DNA of 63,639 nt, the filler included, from Choristocarpus tenellus KU-1152 (taxonomy: Eukaryota; Protista; Phaeophyceae), in the NCBI GenBank assembly GCA_964200185.2. It is 13 parts of 13 records of this genome, joined end to end, with 100 filler letters (N's around TTAATTAATTAA, not from the genome) between each part and the next. Parts side by side here need not be neighbours in the genome. Positions count along the whole stretch, not along the records: positions 39,241 to 46,204 come from CAXNAD020006955.1; positions 46,305 to 49,133 come from CAXNAD020024377.1; positions 49,234 to 60,355 come from CAXNAD020002494.1; 10 more parts are not named here. One strand, 5' to 3'. The position numbers and the translations under genes were made by a program. This document shows positions 40,916 through 52,050 of this stretch, piece by piece. Position 1 is the stretch's first letter. Every line of letters begins with the position of its first letter. A model generated the notes under the pieces. That model saw only the letters and a program-made list of their open reading frames with translations. It had not been told where the DNA came from and did not search any database.

Positions 40916-41702
40916 CCGTGAAACCTGAGTTCGTATGTGTTGTGCATTGTTGTGATGTGTCTAGTTTGTCACGAAGGGTGTCATAGTGCAACAAAGCACT
41001 GTTGAACTTGTTCTGGTAGGATAGATGACATGTTTTCCTCAATCAAGCAATGGTTAATGTGAAAGTGTATTTGGTTGTGCTGTGGTTAGCACGTTTGGCG
41101 AAAGGTATCAGTCATAGTGCAAACAAGATACCTGTGAATTCGTTCTAGTAGGTCTGACGACATGTTTTACTCAATCTGACAATGGTTGGTCTGAAATGTG
41201 TAATCGTTCATTGAGACGCTCAAATGAAGAAATTCATGCTCTTTGGAGAGGCCTGTCACCTTAGCTGAGAAGGGTTTCGAAGGGTGTTTTAAACTTTGTT
41301 TATAGCGCATCACGGCATGTGTCTGGTACATGTATTGCAGAGTGAGCATGATGAACTATGAAGGGGCAATTCCAATCAAGGAAAAATAGTAAATGCATTA
41401 TATCCAACTGACAACTTATTTTGTGAAGAAGGGAAAAAAACAAAGAAACAAGGAGACAAACTTGAATCAATATCTGAGGGAACTGATGTGACGCATGATA
41501 TGCCTGCATGTGTAATAGGAAGCGACTGTTCTTATCCTTCCTCTGTACTGCGGTGTTCTGAAGGTGATTGATGGTGTTGGGACGAGGAGCTAATGAGGTA
41601 AGTGAGAATAGTGACCATTACAATGGAAAAATCAACATTCAGTTTGGACTGACAATATTGTATTGTATAAAAACAAATCAAATGAGTAGGTTATGTTTAA
41701 CA
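40916..41702 (-). mobile_element. Solo LTR of the same family, inverted
   Basis: Reverse strand starts tgttaaacataacctactc and ends ctcaggtttcacgg; flanks ATATG/AGATG. Confidence 0.72.
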
Positions 41703-41791
41703 AGATGGCCCATAGTATCCTAGAGTGTTGGTCAGGCGTCCATCCGGGGCCTGTGTGGCTCTGTAGAGATTTCATGCCATACAAGTGAACT

Positions 41792-42635
41792 TGTCAGACA
41801 AAACATAGGCTACTCATTAGATTTGTCTTGATACGATACAGTATTGTTAGCTCATATTGAATGTTGCTTTGTACGTTGCACTGGTTGTTATTTCTATTTC
41901 CGCTTACTTCATTAGCTCATTATCACAAAATCATCAATCACCTTCAGAACACCACAGTATAGATGAGGCATAAGAAAAGTCGCTACCTGTCACACATACA
42001 GGCATACCATGTGTCACCTAAGTTCCCTCAAATATTGATTCAAGTTTATCTTCTTGTTTATTCCTTTTCACTTTCTTCTCCACACAAGAAGTTGTCAGTT
42101 GTATATCATGTGTTTATTAATTTTTGGCTCAAAATATCTGGAGGGGGGGGGGTTCTACACCAGGGCGTCCATTCAGGCCCTGACCAGGAGAAGTGCACTT
42201 ACATTATCCACCTGACGCATGCAACCAAATCAAAAATCGCGTTATAGAGAAATGGCCCCAATATGGACAATCGCCATCCCCCCCCAAATACTTCGAGCCC
42301 TTCTTTGCTGGCATTTGTCCCCTCGTAAGTCATCAAGTTCACCCTGCACTAAGTGTACCTGATACACACCTGGATGCAATACACGCAGAGTTAAAACATC
42401 CTCAGAAACCCTTCTCAGCCAAGGTGATAAGCCTCTCCACAGAGTATGCATTTCTTCATTTGAGCGTCTCAATGAATGACCCCACTTTCACATCAACCAT
42501 CTTCTGATAGAGCAAACCATGTCGTCAGATCTACCAGAACAAATTAACAGTTGCTTTGCTACACTATGATACCCTTCACCACAAGCTAGCCACAGCATTT
42601 ACCAAGCATGATTCATTCGAACTCAGGTTTCAACA
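41792..42635 (+). mobile_element. 5' LTR of a truncated Ty1/copia element (contains a family B MITE)
   Basis: Homologous to the two solo LTRs; ends ctcaggtttcaaca and is followed by a PBS-like motif and gag-like sequence. Confidence 0.78.
42126..42299 (+). mobile_element. MITE family B, complete, inserted in an LTR
   Basis: ggctcaaaatatctgg...ccccaaatacttcgagcc; absent from the paralogous LTR at ~41370-41390. Confidence 0.9.
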
Positions 42636-42648
42636 GGTCATGAGGCTC
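42636..42648 (+). other. Copia-type primer-binding site, degenerate
   Basis: CA|GGTCATGAGGCTC directly after the LTR, resembling the GGTTATGRGCCC half-tRNA-iMet PBS of copia elements. Confidence 0.6.
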
Positions 42649-42746
42649 AACATACAGTACACTACACTACACTATACTACACTTACCTGACCTCGTCCTG
42701 TATTACCTACCACCCGCACCACCCCAGATACCACAACTACATCATC

Positions 42747-43640
42747 ATGGAACGCACACTCAAACTCCCCATCTTCTCTGGTGATGACTCCTCATGAGAA
42801 GCCTTTAAACTGGATTTTGTGGGCATTTTGAGATTGGGTCATCGTGTTTTGGTCCAGAACACTTCCCGAATCACCACCACCATTACCACACCCACTACCT
42901 ACACCGAAGACAATGACCAGCTGTTTGGCATCCTTCTTGCTACCTGTCGTGAATCCGCCAAAGACCTTCTCCATGGCCTCCAGCAACGCAACGAAACCAT
43001 CCTCAACGATGGACTATCTGTGTGGCATGCCCTGAAGACCAAGTATAAATCTCCCACAGAGCAATGGATGCGTAAGGGCAAACTTCCTTCGTCTGAATGC
43101 ACCTTCCCTTACCATCCCCATGCCTAGGCCAAATCCAAAGGTAGTTCACCGGCAAAACGGGTATCAATCTGAGGTATCTTACAACACTTCATCAAACCTT
43201 GAATGGACCACTAGGGCTGAATACCCCCCCTTCTAGGATACTATGGGTCGGATTGACAATAAGGATCGAGCTCCTCCACACCGCCCAGTTCACTCTCTTC
43301 AAACCCATCAACCTCTCTCACCCGTTCAACCGCAACCTCGCCATCGCTCTCCTTGTCCCTTACTTGTTTTGACTGTATTAATTGATGAAGACTTTGTCTA
43401 ATTCTTCTTCCAAGGAAGGGGCTTGGCGAGGTTCTGGGCATTTCCTGTACTGAATTGGTGTCGCCCTCGCTGGAAGAGTCCTTGCCACTACTCCTTGAGG
43501 AGATACTATGGCAAGCAGAGTCGTCATCAGATGGTGTACTTGCAAAGCTGCCCCCGATGTAACCCCCGATCTTCTCATAATTCTGGATCCTCTTGTTTCA
43601 CCCATCTCGGAACTCGTCCCCATCACTGTTATTGGACAAG
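42747..43640 (+). pseudogene. Decayed copia gag (and possibly protease) relic
   Basis: MERTLKLPIFSGDDSS*EAFKLDF...DNDQLFGILLATCRESAKDLL...DGLSVWHALKTKY is a typical copia gag N-terminal pattern, with an in-frame stop. Confidence 0.65.
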
Positions 43641-43645
43641 TTGTT

Positions 43646-43864
43646 GAGCCAAAGTATCTTAGAGGGTAGTGCCGCATCCATTTGGGGGCCAAAATCCAAT
43701 GTTGCGATTTTGATGTANNNNNNNNNNGTTTGTTAGGAAGTGTCAGTATACTTGTTCCGGACTAACATTTTGGAGTGGAAAAATGTCACAAAAAACCCCA
43801 TGGGAAGCCAAGACCCAAATGAACAAACAGGGCAAATCTCGTTCCCTCTAAGATACTTTCACTC
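43646..43864 (+). mobile_element. MITE family A (internal 10-N gap/deletion), apparent 3-bp TSD GTT
   Basis: gagccaaagtatcttagaggg...ccctctaagatactttcactc; flanks tGTT|...|GTTg. Confidence 0.9.
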
Positions 43865-43892
43865 GTTGTCACTAATTATTCGTGAGCTGTTG

Positions 43893-43976
43893 CTGTCCTT
43901 TGACGGGTCATTACTGTCCTTTGACGATTTATCGATGTCCCTGAACAAGTCATCACTGTCCTTTGACGAGATTTTG
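43893..43976. repeat. Degenerate 21-bp tandem repeat (4 units, core ctgtcctttgacg)
   Basis: Units start at 43893, 43914, 43935 and 43956. Confidence 0.7.
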
Positions 43977-45527
43977 CTAGCCTGACTACTGTCCAAGCTG
44001 TTCCTGTCATCGGTGCTGTCCGCTCCCCTCTCATATTCGCTGCCCTCAACTGACCCCTTACTCTCTTTTGTGGTTAGAATGCAGTCATGTCCTCCTCTCC
44101 TTTCTCACTCTCAGAGTCCAGTCCTTTGTTTCCAGAGATCACTGAACCACCCTCCAATGATGTGTTGGGGGGTTTATGTATCTTCAACTTTGACAGCTTC
44201 CTAACAAGGCTTTCAACACGCCTGGGATCATTTTTCCCACTCAGTACGATATACGTCAAAACTGCGCCTCCTGGGGCTGGGTGCTCAAGTTGGTGATTGC
44301 GTTCCCATGTGTGATGCGTGTTTTCTCGAGCACTTGATCCAGATCATGTACTGCTGTTATATTTCCGTCTGGTTTTCTGATGATGCATGTTGCGTGTGGC
44401 TTGAGTCTGGAAGAGCGTAAGTTGGGACAAGGGGATTGGCAAAGGAATTCAAGGTGCAGCAATCGAGGATCCGTTGCTGTCAATTCAACATAGTAATCAT
44501 ATCGTGTATGTTCTCTGTACAACCTGTGTATGTCGAACATGCCTATGAAATACAGGTACACCATTAATAACGTTGAAGGGCATGAACCGGCACAATTGTC
44601 TGATCTGTCTATCGCTGTAACATATTCAAATCACAATTGTATTGAAGACATCATAATCTGTTCAACATACTTGGAGAAGCAGGTACACCTAAATAGACGC
44701 TGATGTGTGGTATTGTGTGGTATAGGAAATGAGACTGAAAAAAATATTGAAGAACATTCAGAGACTCAAGAGGGGAGTGGCTAAGAAGGGTAACAATATG
44801 TTGCGGGTATCTATGTGGTCATGCATAAACTTCGGATGATAAAGTGTTAAGTGATAGGAATAGCCCGACACACGGGCATGTACATAGGAGAAAGAATAGT
44901 TGGAATGAAGGGTAGGGCTTATCCATTCTTCTTGAAAGGTCTCCGTCCCGAGGACGTAGGAGAGGGGACACGTATTTGATGTTAGTTGGTCCGCTCCCTC
45001 CTCAGAAAGTACGTTTGCTGAGTGGGACCTAGAAAATATCCTTTCAATGGTGGTTTTGGGTATATCTATTCCATGGAGAGTCAGACCCACTCCAGCCAAA
45101 AAAATGCACATCCTGGCAAAAAGTTTCATTTGTATCTGCTTCAGGAGCTGCACACAAGGAGAGATGATGATAAGCTCACCAGAACTGTGTAAGTACATGT
45201 CTTTACGATCCATTTTAAAACGCGAAGCAATATTTCGTCACAAAGGTAAGAGCGCAGAGGCATCTACATAGGTGTCTAATGCTGTACGGATGTGGAGCCC
45301 ACCTGTGTTCTGTAATTATGAGTGAACCAGTCACTGTTCTTGAGTGATTTGATTGCCACATCCTGGTTGGTGTTCCTAAGCACCATTATTAACAAGTGTA
45401 CAGCCATGAAGACGAACTTTCCCTATGTAGGGGCATACAGAGGATTGATAAGAGCACATAGTTAGAAAGGAAGTGTTGCAGAAGGTGTAACCAGGCCTAG
45501 ACTTGTTCATAACCTTTTATTTGCTGT

Positions 45528-46162
45528 TCAACACCGCGATACCAAAGCAGACACCCAGCGATTTCGATCAAAATGGCTTGAAGGTAGCGTCTGTTTGATA
45601 TTGTCGGATTGCTTCAATTGGGGACGTTTAACCGTCAAAAGTGGACAAGGAGCTAATACACTTCCAGTCGTACTGACACTCTTCTCATCCTCTTTCCACA
45701 CACCATGTAGAACGTTCTCAAACTCATCCATCACTGGTGGCAAAGAATAGGGTCATTGACAGAATGAATGTGGGTTAGTTGTCATTGCCATGGGTGCTTA
45801 GTTCCATGTAGGTACAGAGAACGTACCATGGTACCTAGTCATAGAAACACAGACTTTCTTAAAAAAAAACAGTTAGCGAATTTTTACCCTCGTCTGCGCA
45901 AATCTGGACCAGTGTTGCCACGGAATTGTAGTAGAATTTATAAGCTGTGTCCTCCCCAACTTTCATTATACCATTCTCGAGGTTGGTATCTTCCCAGGCC
46001 TCTTTGAGGAAATGCCAATATCTTTGCAGCGACCATTCTCCTCACCACACCATCGAAAGCAGCTCTATCATCTTGGAAGCTAGTGTCTTCAAGGCTGTAC
46101 TGGTTGCAATGCTTTACCAGAGTCTGCCAGCACCTTCCCTTTTTGAATTTGTCTTTGAACTC
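45528..46162 (-). CDS. Possible 3' exons of a hypothetical gene
   Basis: Open segments GRCWQTLVKH...YNESWGG and MPPVMDEFENVLHG...VSRC*, with a pyrimidine-rich acceptor near 46162; no family recognised. Confidence 0.3.
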
Positions 46163-46798
46163 TGGCAGAAAGGGGGGGGGGGTCACAAGGAAAATCTTCT
46201 TGGTNNNNNNNNNNNNNNNNNNNNNNNNNNNNNNNNNNNNNNNNNNNNTTAATTAATTAANNNNNNNNNNNNNNNNNNNNNNNNNNNNNNNNNNNNNNNN
46301 NNNNGTGTTCCCAGGTCCTTAGGAATGTTTCTGAAAATTTTTACAACCCCACCCCCCGCCCCCCACTACTGTGTGACCTGTTCCCCGTTATTCTGCTTGG
46401 TTTCTTTCTTTTGCCATCAGCACCCCCTGGGGGATCCCTCTACTACGAGCCACACCTCATGTTCTCAGAGGAGGAGCTTTCTCGCCTGCATGCAGATGTG
46501 GTTATCGCTCCAGTGGTATCCCAAATCATCAGTACATATACCCTTGTGGCGGGAGGGTGAGTGCTTCGCACTCCTTTCCTTTTTTTTTCCCGTCTCTTGT
46601 ACTTTTGCAGCGTGTAAATGTCATGTCCCAACTCCACTCAGCATCACACTCCCTCTCTCATAATCGCTTGTTGTCCCCCGGTGACCCTATCTATAGCCTG
46701 CTTTCAAACCTCCACAAGAGTCAGATGCGCTCTCTTCTTAACGTTATCTCACTGTGTCATTTTCAAATCTGTCAAATGCGCTTCATTGCGCTGTTCAG

Positions 46799-47000
46799 GT
46801 CCAAGGCAGTGCGCCTGGCGGAGCTCCTGGGGGCCAAGACAGTGGTTTCCATGCCCAATGCCAATATTGACGCTTCTGGACCTCTGTCAAGAGTAATCAC
46901 TGAAATTGGTTCTGAAGCGGAGTTCAGAACCATGGCCGAGGAAGCTGGGTTCAACCCTGTAGCTCCTGTTGTGGGTCAACGAATGGAAATATGGCCTTAA
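46799..47000 (+). CDS. Terminal exon, possibly of an MBL-fold (UlaG/Lactamase_B_3-like) hydrolase
   Basis: cag|SKAVRLAELLGAKTVVSMPNANIDASGPLSRVITEIGSEAEFR...PVVGQRMEIWP* resembles the C-terminus of algal/cyanobacterial MBL-fold proteins; no catalytic motif in the window. Confidence 0.4.
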
Positions 47001-48162
47001 CACTCCGTTGATCTCTTTGTGTATTGCCCCCTTTGTGTAAACCCTCCTAATCGATGAATCTGCTGGAATCCTCACCTGTGCTCTGAGTGGCAGTCACCTT
47101 TTCTACTTCAGTGTTGATGGATGTTGCTTGCCCCGCCTGCTATGGTAGCTAAAAAGATCACAGTGGTGTGCGCTCGGTACAAAGTGAGGATGAGGTGTTG
47201 TAATGGGCTGTCCTTACCAACTTGTGATAGATTTTACATAGTCGATAGATGCTGTGCATGAGTCAGTTAGTTAGCCTTTCTTTTGATCGTTAATGTGAGC
47301 TTCAACTTTATGTTGGGTATGTTCTCCTTTCTCTGCAGCCTGAATAACAAGGTCACTTTCACATGTGGAGTGTTTGCTCGTGGTGGCAATTTTGATTGCA
47401 GAAAGTATCTCCTCCTCTTCCTCCATCCTGCTCTGTTTCACCATCTTGCTTGCTCCTATGCCAAGTTTCTAAGCTGAACGGCTTCTCTTCTCCATTGGGG
47501 AGAAGTTTGAGATCCCAATTTTTTTTTTTCTTTGTGTAGGTGCCTGTTTTTGTGTTAGAGTACGTTTGAGTGCTTTTTGTTGCAGAACAGAGAGCAAGAA
47601 GAAAAAGAGGTCATGTGGGGTATATCCACCTTCCTCTCAGACGTGAAGCAAAGACAGACCGAGATAATTTTCTGTTGACGACTCCTGGAGTTCAAAGGTG
47701 GTAGCTATAGAAAATGGCTAAAACTCAACTCTACTCATAGTATTATATATACTGTACGAGAGTCTTTCGTGTATGGGGAGAAGGGCGAAAGGCTCCCTCC
47801 CCTACTCTGTAGAAAGCAGAATGAGAACAAGAAGTCAAAATTCCCATAGTATACCTCGACCGAGTGCTGCTTGTGGCACAGTCCATTCTCCCGACCCCTC
47901 TTGAAATGTATCTGTTCTATAAACGCATTACCGTCTTTACCATTTATTGCCGAATGTGGTTAGAGAGGAACTCAAGCTGTTGGTGCCAAACGAGATTAAG
48001 GCAACCAATCTCGATAATCGTATTTACTTCTGATGCTGGGTTTGTAGCTGATGTAGCACTCCATGAGACTGTCTAGAAGTCGCAGTGTTAGAAACAACTG
48101 ATCTGTGGTGTACAGGTCAGAACCAACAATAAAGAGAAAAAACAGTACAATGTGAGATTTTT

Positions 48163-48299
48163 CTGGGCATGCCGGTGCCCAGCTTTACAGGGGTACCCCA
48201 CTGATATTTGCTATTTTGTAATATATTCTCATTTTAGTGTTAGGGTTACAATACTACTAGTAGGGGTGCCCCTATAACCCTATGCACTTGTGTGCCCAG
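48163..48299. repeat. Short element with ~35-bp imperfect terminal inverted repeats
   Basis: ctgggcatgccggtgc..tacaggggtacccc versus ggggtgcccctataa..gcacttgtgtgcccag. Confidence 0.6.
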
Positions 48300-49298
48300 T
48301 AAACTTCCCAGTGCAATCCACTCATAAGTACCTCTACCAACAGTACAACACTACATGAAGAAGTCAATGTGCTCTCATTGGCGCGCAAAACGCGGTTTTC
48401 TTGATGTACCTCTTCAATTTCTTGGATTTTCTCCCAAGTAGCAAGAAGAGAGCAACCACTCACTGATCTGTTGGTGCAGACATGGGTAACTTATATCCCC
48501 ACTTAATGGTGATACACTTACCGCCATTGAGTAGAATCCCTCAAGAGTATTTCAACTTCGTTATCCTTAAAATGTGACCCTTCCTACCTCTCAATTGGTT
48601 TGGTTCATTCAATAGCACGAGAGAGATCTAGTCGTTGAGGTAAGGAACATGTAATAAGCAGTGCTATTTTATTGGTAGGAAATTATCGTGTGTATGGGAT
48701 GACTTTAGATCTACCCAAGAAGCAATAGCTTGTCGTGAACTAGACCTCTGATAACTGAATAATTCGTCCATTCAATATCAAAAGTTACGTACTATCTCGC
48801 AATCAATGGAGATTTGACACATATCAAAACCATTATTAGCATTTTTCAACATCATCACTGGACAACGTGAACAACAGAGTAGTCAACAATATGTTGCATG
48901 GAAACACATGACTTAACAAATACGTGACAGGTTGTGTTCCTTGACAAGATCCAGCCCAAAACGTACATGTATCTTGTAATATCCCATAGCGTTCGAAACG
49001 AAGAGACGTAGCTCTCACAAGAGCAGTCTCATTGTGCCCCACCTTGAACAGTGGATTATAAAAATTGAGGATGGTTTTGACCGAAAATGGTGCGGAAAAA
49101 GTGCCGATATGGTATTTTTTGTAAATGTTGCGGNNNNNNNNNNNNNNNNNNNNNNNNNNNNNNNNNNNNNNNNNNNNTTAATTAATTAANNNNNNNNNNN
49201 NNNNNNNNNNNNNNNNNNNNNNNNNNNNNNNNNAAGTGAAAGTCCCCCCCCCCCCCTTCCCGCCCCCTCCCCCCCCTCTTCCTCCCAACCAACCAAAC

Positions 49299-51725
49299 CT
49301 GCGCAAGAAGCTAGTGTCCTTGACTCCATTATTGGGCACATACAAGTTCACCATGGAGAATGTGTGAAAGTCAACTACAATGACTCTACCCTCTTCGTGG
49401 TGCTCTGGGGAACCCACTAGAAGGTAAATGGCAAGGTGTGGAAAGCAGGGGGAGCAGAAAAACCAAAGGGAAAGGAGAGGATGATTCAAATGGAACAGTT
49501 GAGACTCAGTGTAGGGAGACTTTTCTTTGCCGGGAGAGAAGAAAGTGTTGCCATGTGCAACAATTGAAGTGGCGTGCACATCTTTTTGGAAGTTGGTGGT
49601 GTGTTTGAGCACTAGATCGGAGGGGTAGGGGGGGGGGGGGGGGAGGGGGGGGGGCCACGGTAATTAATGGTTACGGGAGTTGGAGAGGGCACAATGGGAG
49701 ACATGGCAGCAAGGGAAATCNNNNNNNNNNGTGATGTTTGGGTGGGTGTGGGGGGGGGGGGGTTGGTTGGGCTGGGGGGGGGGGGGGGGTGGGGGGGGAG
49801 GGGGGGGGGTGGCCACGGTAATTAATCGTTACTGAAGTTGGAGAGGTCACAATGGTAGACATGGCAGCAAGGTAAATCTACCATAGTACAGGAAAAAAAA
49901 AAATTCAGCCTATGATTTAAACCAAAGTGCCAATCGGCGCCAAAGGCAGTAGTAGGTGGTTGGTAAGACAGCAGTAACACAAAGGCCATGGAAGTGAGTG
50001 GCAGGGGTATTGTGGGGAAAGGGTGGACACACCACAGGTGAAAGATATGTAGATGGGGGGAAGGGATGAAGGAGGTGCTTGTGGCAGAGGAATCACGTCA
50101 AAGTCAGACCCCCTCCTCACTGACAGCAGCTTTTTCTATTGGGATGTGACAAGCTTTACTCACTTACCTGAGGGGAAGTTGTACGTGATGCAACCTCTCG
50201 CGATGTCCTTTCTGACCAGGAGGGGAAGGTGATCGGCATTAAAGAGGGAGATAGGGTGAGCGGGGGAAGGGGTGACTCAACACAACTTATACTACTGTCG
50301 TTCTTGGCAGCAACATCATTCATGGCAGGGCTCAACCATCATGACACACTCTTCCCCAGTCTCCCCAAAACCCCCACAATTCTGTTGTGATGTACGTAGT
50401 CTTCCAATCGCAGGAAAATGACAAAAGGGCAAAGAGAGAGTATCACCATTGATCCTGGTAGGTATACATATGCGGGCACTTCAGCCCTCACACACCAATC
50501 TGCTGTACGATTCATGGGGGAAGGTCTGCTATGACTCAATATGATACATTGCATCAATCTATGCTCAGTTCACATGTGGAGCTTTTCACTTTCAGTCTTT
50601 CTAATGAAGGAAATGTTTCAACGGGAAAAGATGAGAGTACCATTGTGAATCATATGTACGATCTACACGTTGTCCTTCAAAACCTAGTTTGTCACTGCTG
50701 CACGAAGTCTTACTTTATCATGACAGCAGTGCCCGCATATTTGTAGTTGGCCAGGCTAAGAAAAACTTTGTACCCCAACTCTTTTGCCAGCCTGTAAAGA
50801 GTTCGGGCTACAAGTTCCCGATCCTCTCTATCCGTGGTTGTGTCGGCCTTGTAACGTTGGGGTATTGTGGGAGTAAGACATCGATGTGCAGTTGGGTTGT
50901 AGGTTGTAGGTCGGGGTTGAAGGTTCATGGGCTACTTTTGCTGACAGACAAGAGGTGTGCTCAAGATCTGATTGGACATAGACCGTGCTATTGGTAGATA
51001 AAGAGATGGCAAGACCAACCAGCTCTTCGCCACCGACTATAACGGTCAATAAACTGGCATCTCTTCATGCCCTATCAGCCTCAACTTCAAGATATGGAAT
51101 GTGATTGTTTTTGGAGATAGACAAGTAAATCGGAACGCAGAGTATCCGAAAAAACCTTGAGATTCCCTCTTTGGCGACCTCTATTGTCGTCCTTCTTGCA
51201 CTTGGGGAGTCCAGCCGCGGGTAGCCGCACCTGGTGAGGATATATGCAGCATTCGTTGACTGGAAAAAAGGAGAATCGAGGAAGTCGAATTCTTCCTTCA
51301 AAGTATTGTGCATTCTAACGGGAGCTGCCAGCAAAGGTCTCGAAGACATAATCCAGGGAAATAATATGATATTTCAACATATCGGTCGTAGATCACACCA
51401 GAACCTATCAAAGGAGAGACTCTACTGAAGAACACCCCTATATTGTGGGCAGACGTACCTCTTGGATGCAGAAAACATCTGGAAGCTCCTGCTGGATGAA
51501 CGACCTAATCTCATCCCAGTCATTTTTCAGTCTCAGACCTAACCCATTAGCATTCCATGTAAGGATTGTCGCTGGGTCACATTTCACAAGTTCGCCTTCG
51601 TGAACCCTGGTCTTACTGTCAGCTCGTTGGCGCTTGTTAAGCCCAGCCTCGGGGCTGGCAGATGCGTCGCTAGGACCTGGAACTGCACGCTTGAAGTAGC
51701 TGATCAAGGGCTTCTGGCTCGACAT
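49299..51725 (-). CDS. Exodeoxyribonuclease III / AP endonuclease, 3'-truncated (exons 51725-51459, 51230-51156, 50847-50714, 50211-50168, 49416-49299)
   Basis: ILTWNANGL, PDVFCIQEVR, YAGTAV, HHEEGRVIVVDF and NLYVPNNG; phase-consistent GT-AG introns. Confidence 0.93.
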
Positions 51726-52050
51726 TTCCCTATGTTTCTAGATTGACGTTGGTTGTGTCAGTTCATATAACAACACAATATCATAGAGCTGCAACAAGCA
51801 TTGTGACCCTTCTCCATCTAATCACCTCTCACTAAGATGTTGAGTTTTCTTGACTACACCGTACCTGTTATTGTTGAAAAGGTGATATATTTTGAGCATA
51901 GTTTAAAATATATGTGTGAGATAGAGATGGAATCTTTCTTACTTTGTGTAGTGTATAGTAGTAGTGTTTATAGCGCTACATGGCCAGCCTAGGACAGATG
52001 TTGATAACCTCTCGCTCAACCTAACAACTTGACCTTGACCTACAGAAACA

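Noticed and set aside
47673-48128. TGTTG...CAACA segment as a solo LTR
   Set aside because: No matching TSD and no second copy in the window.
49621-49880. Direct ~70-bp duplication around a 10-N gap
   Set aside because: Differences are mostly T/A-to-G after poly-G runs, typical of low-quality read ends at a scaffold overlap.
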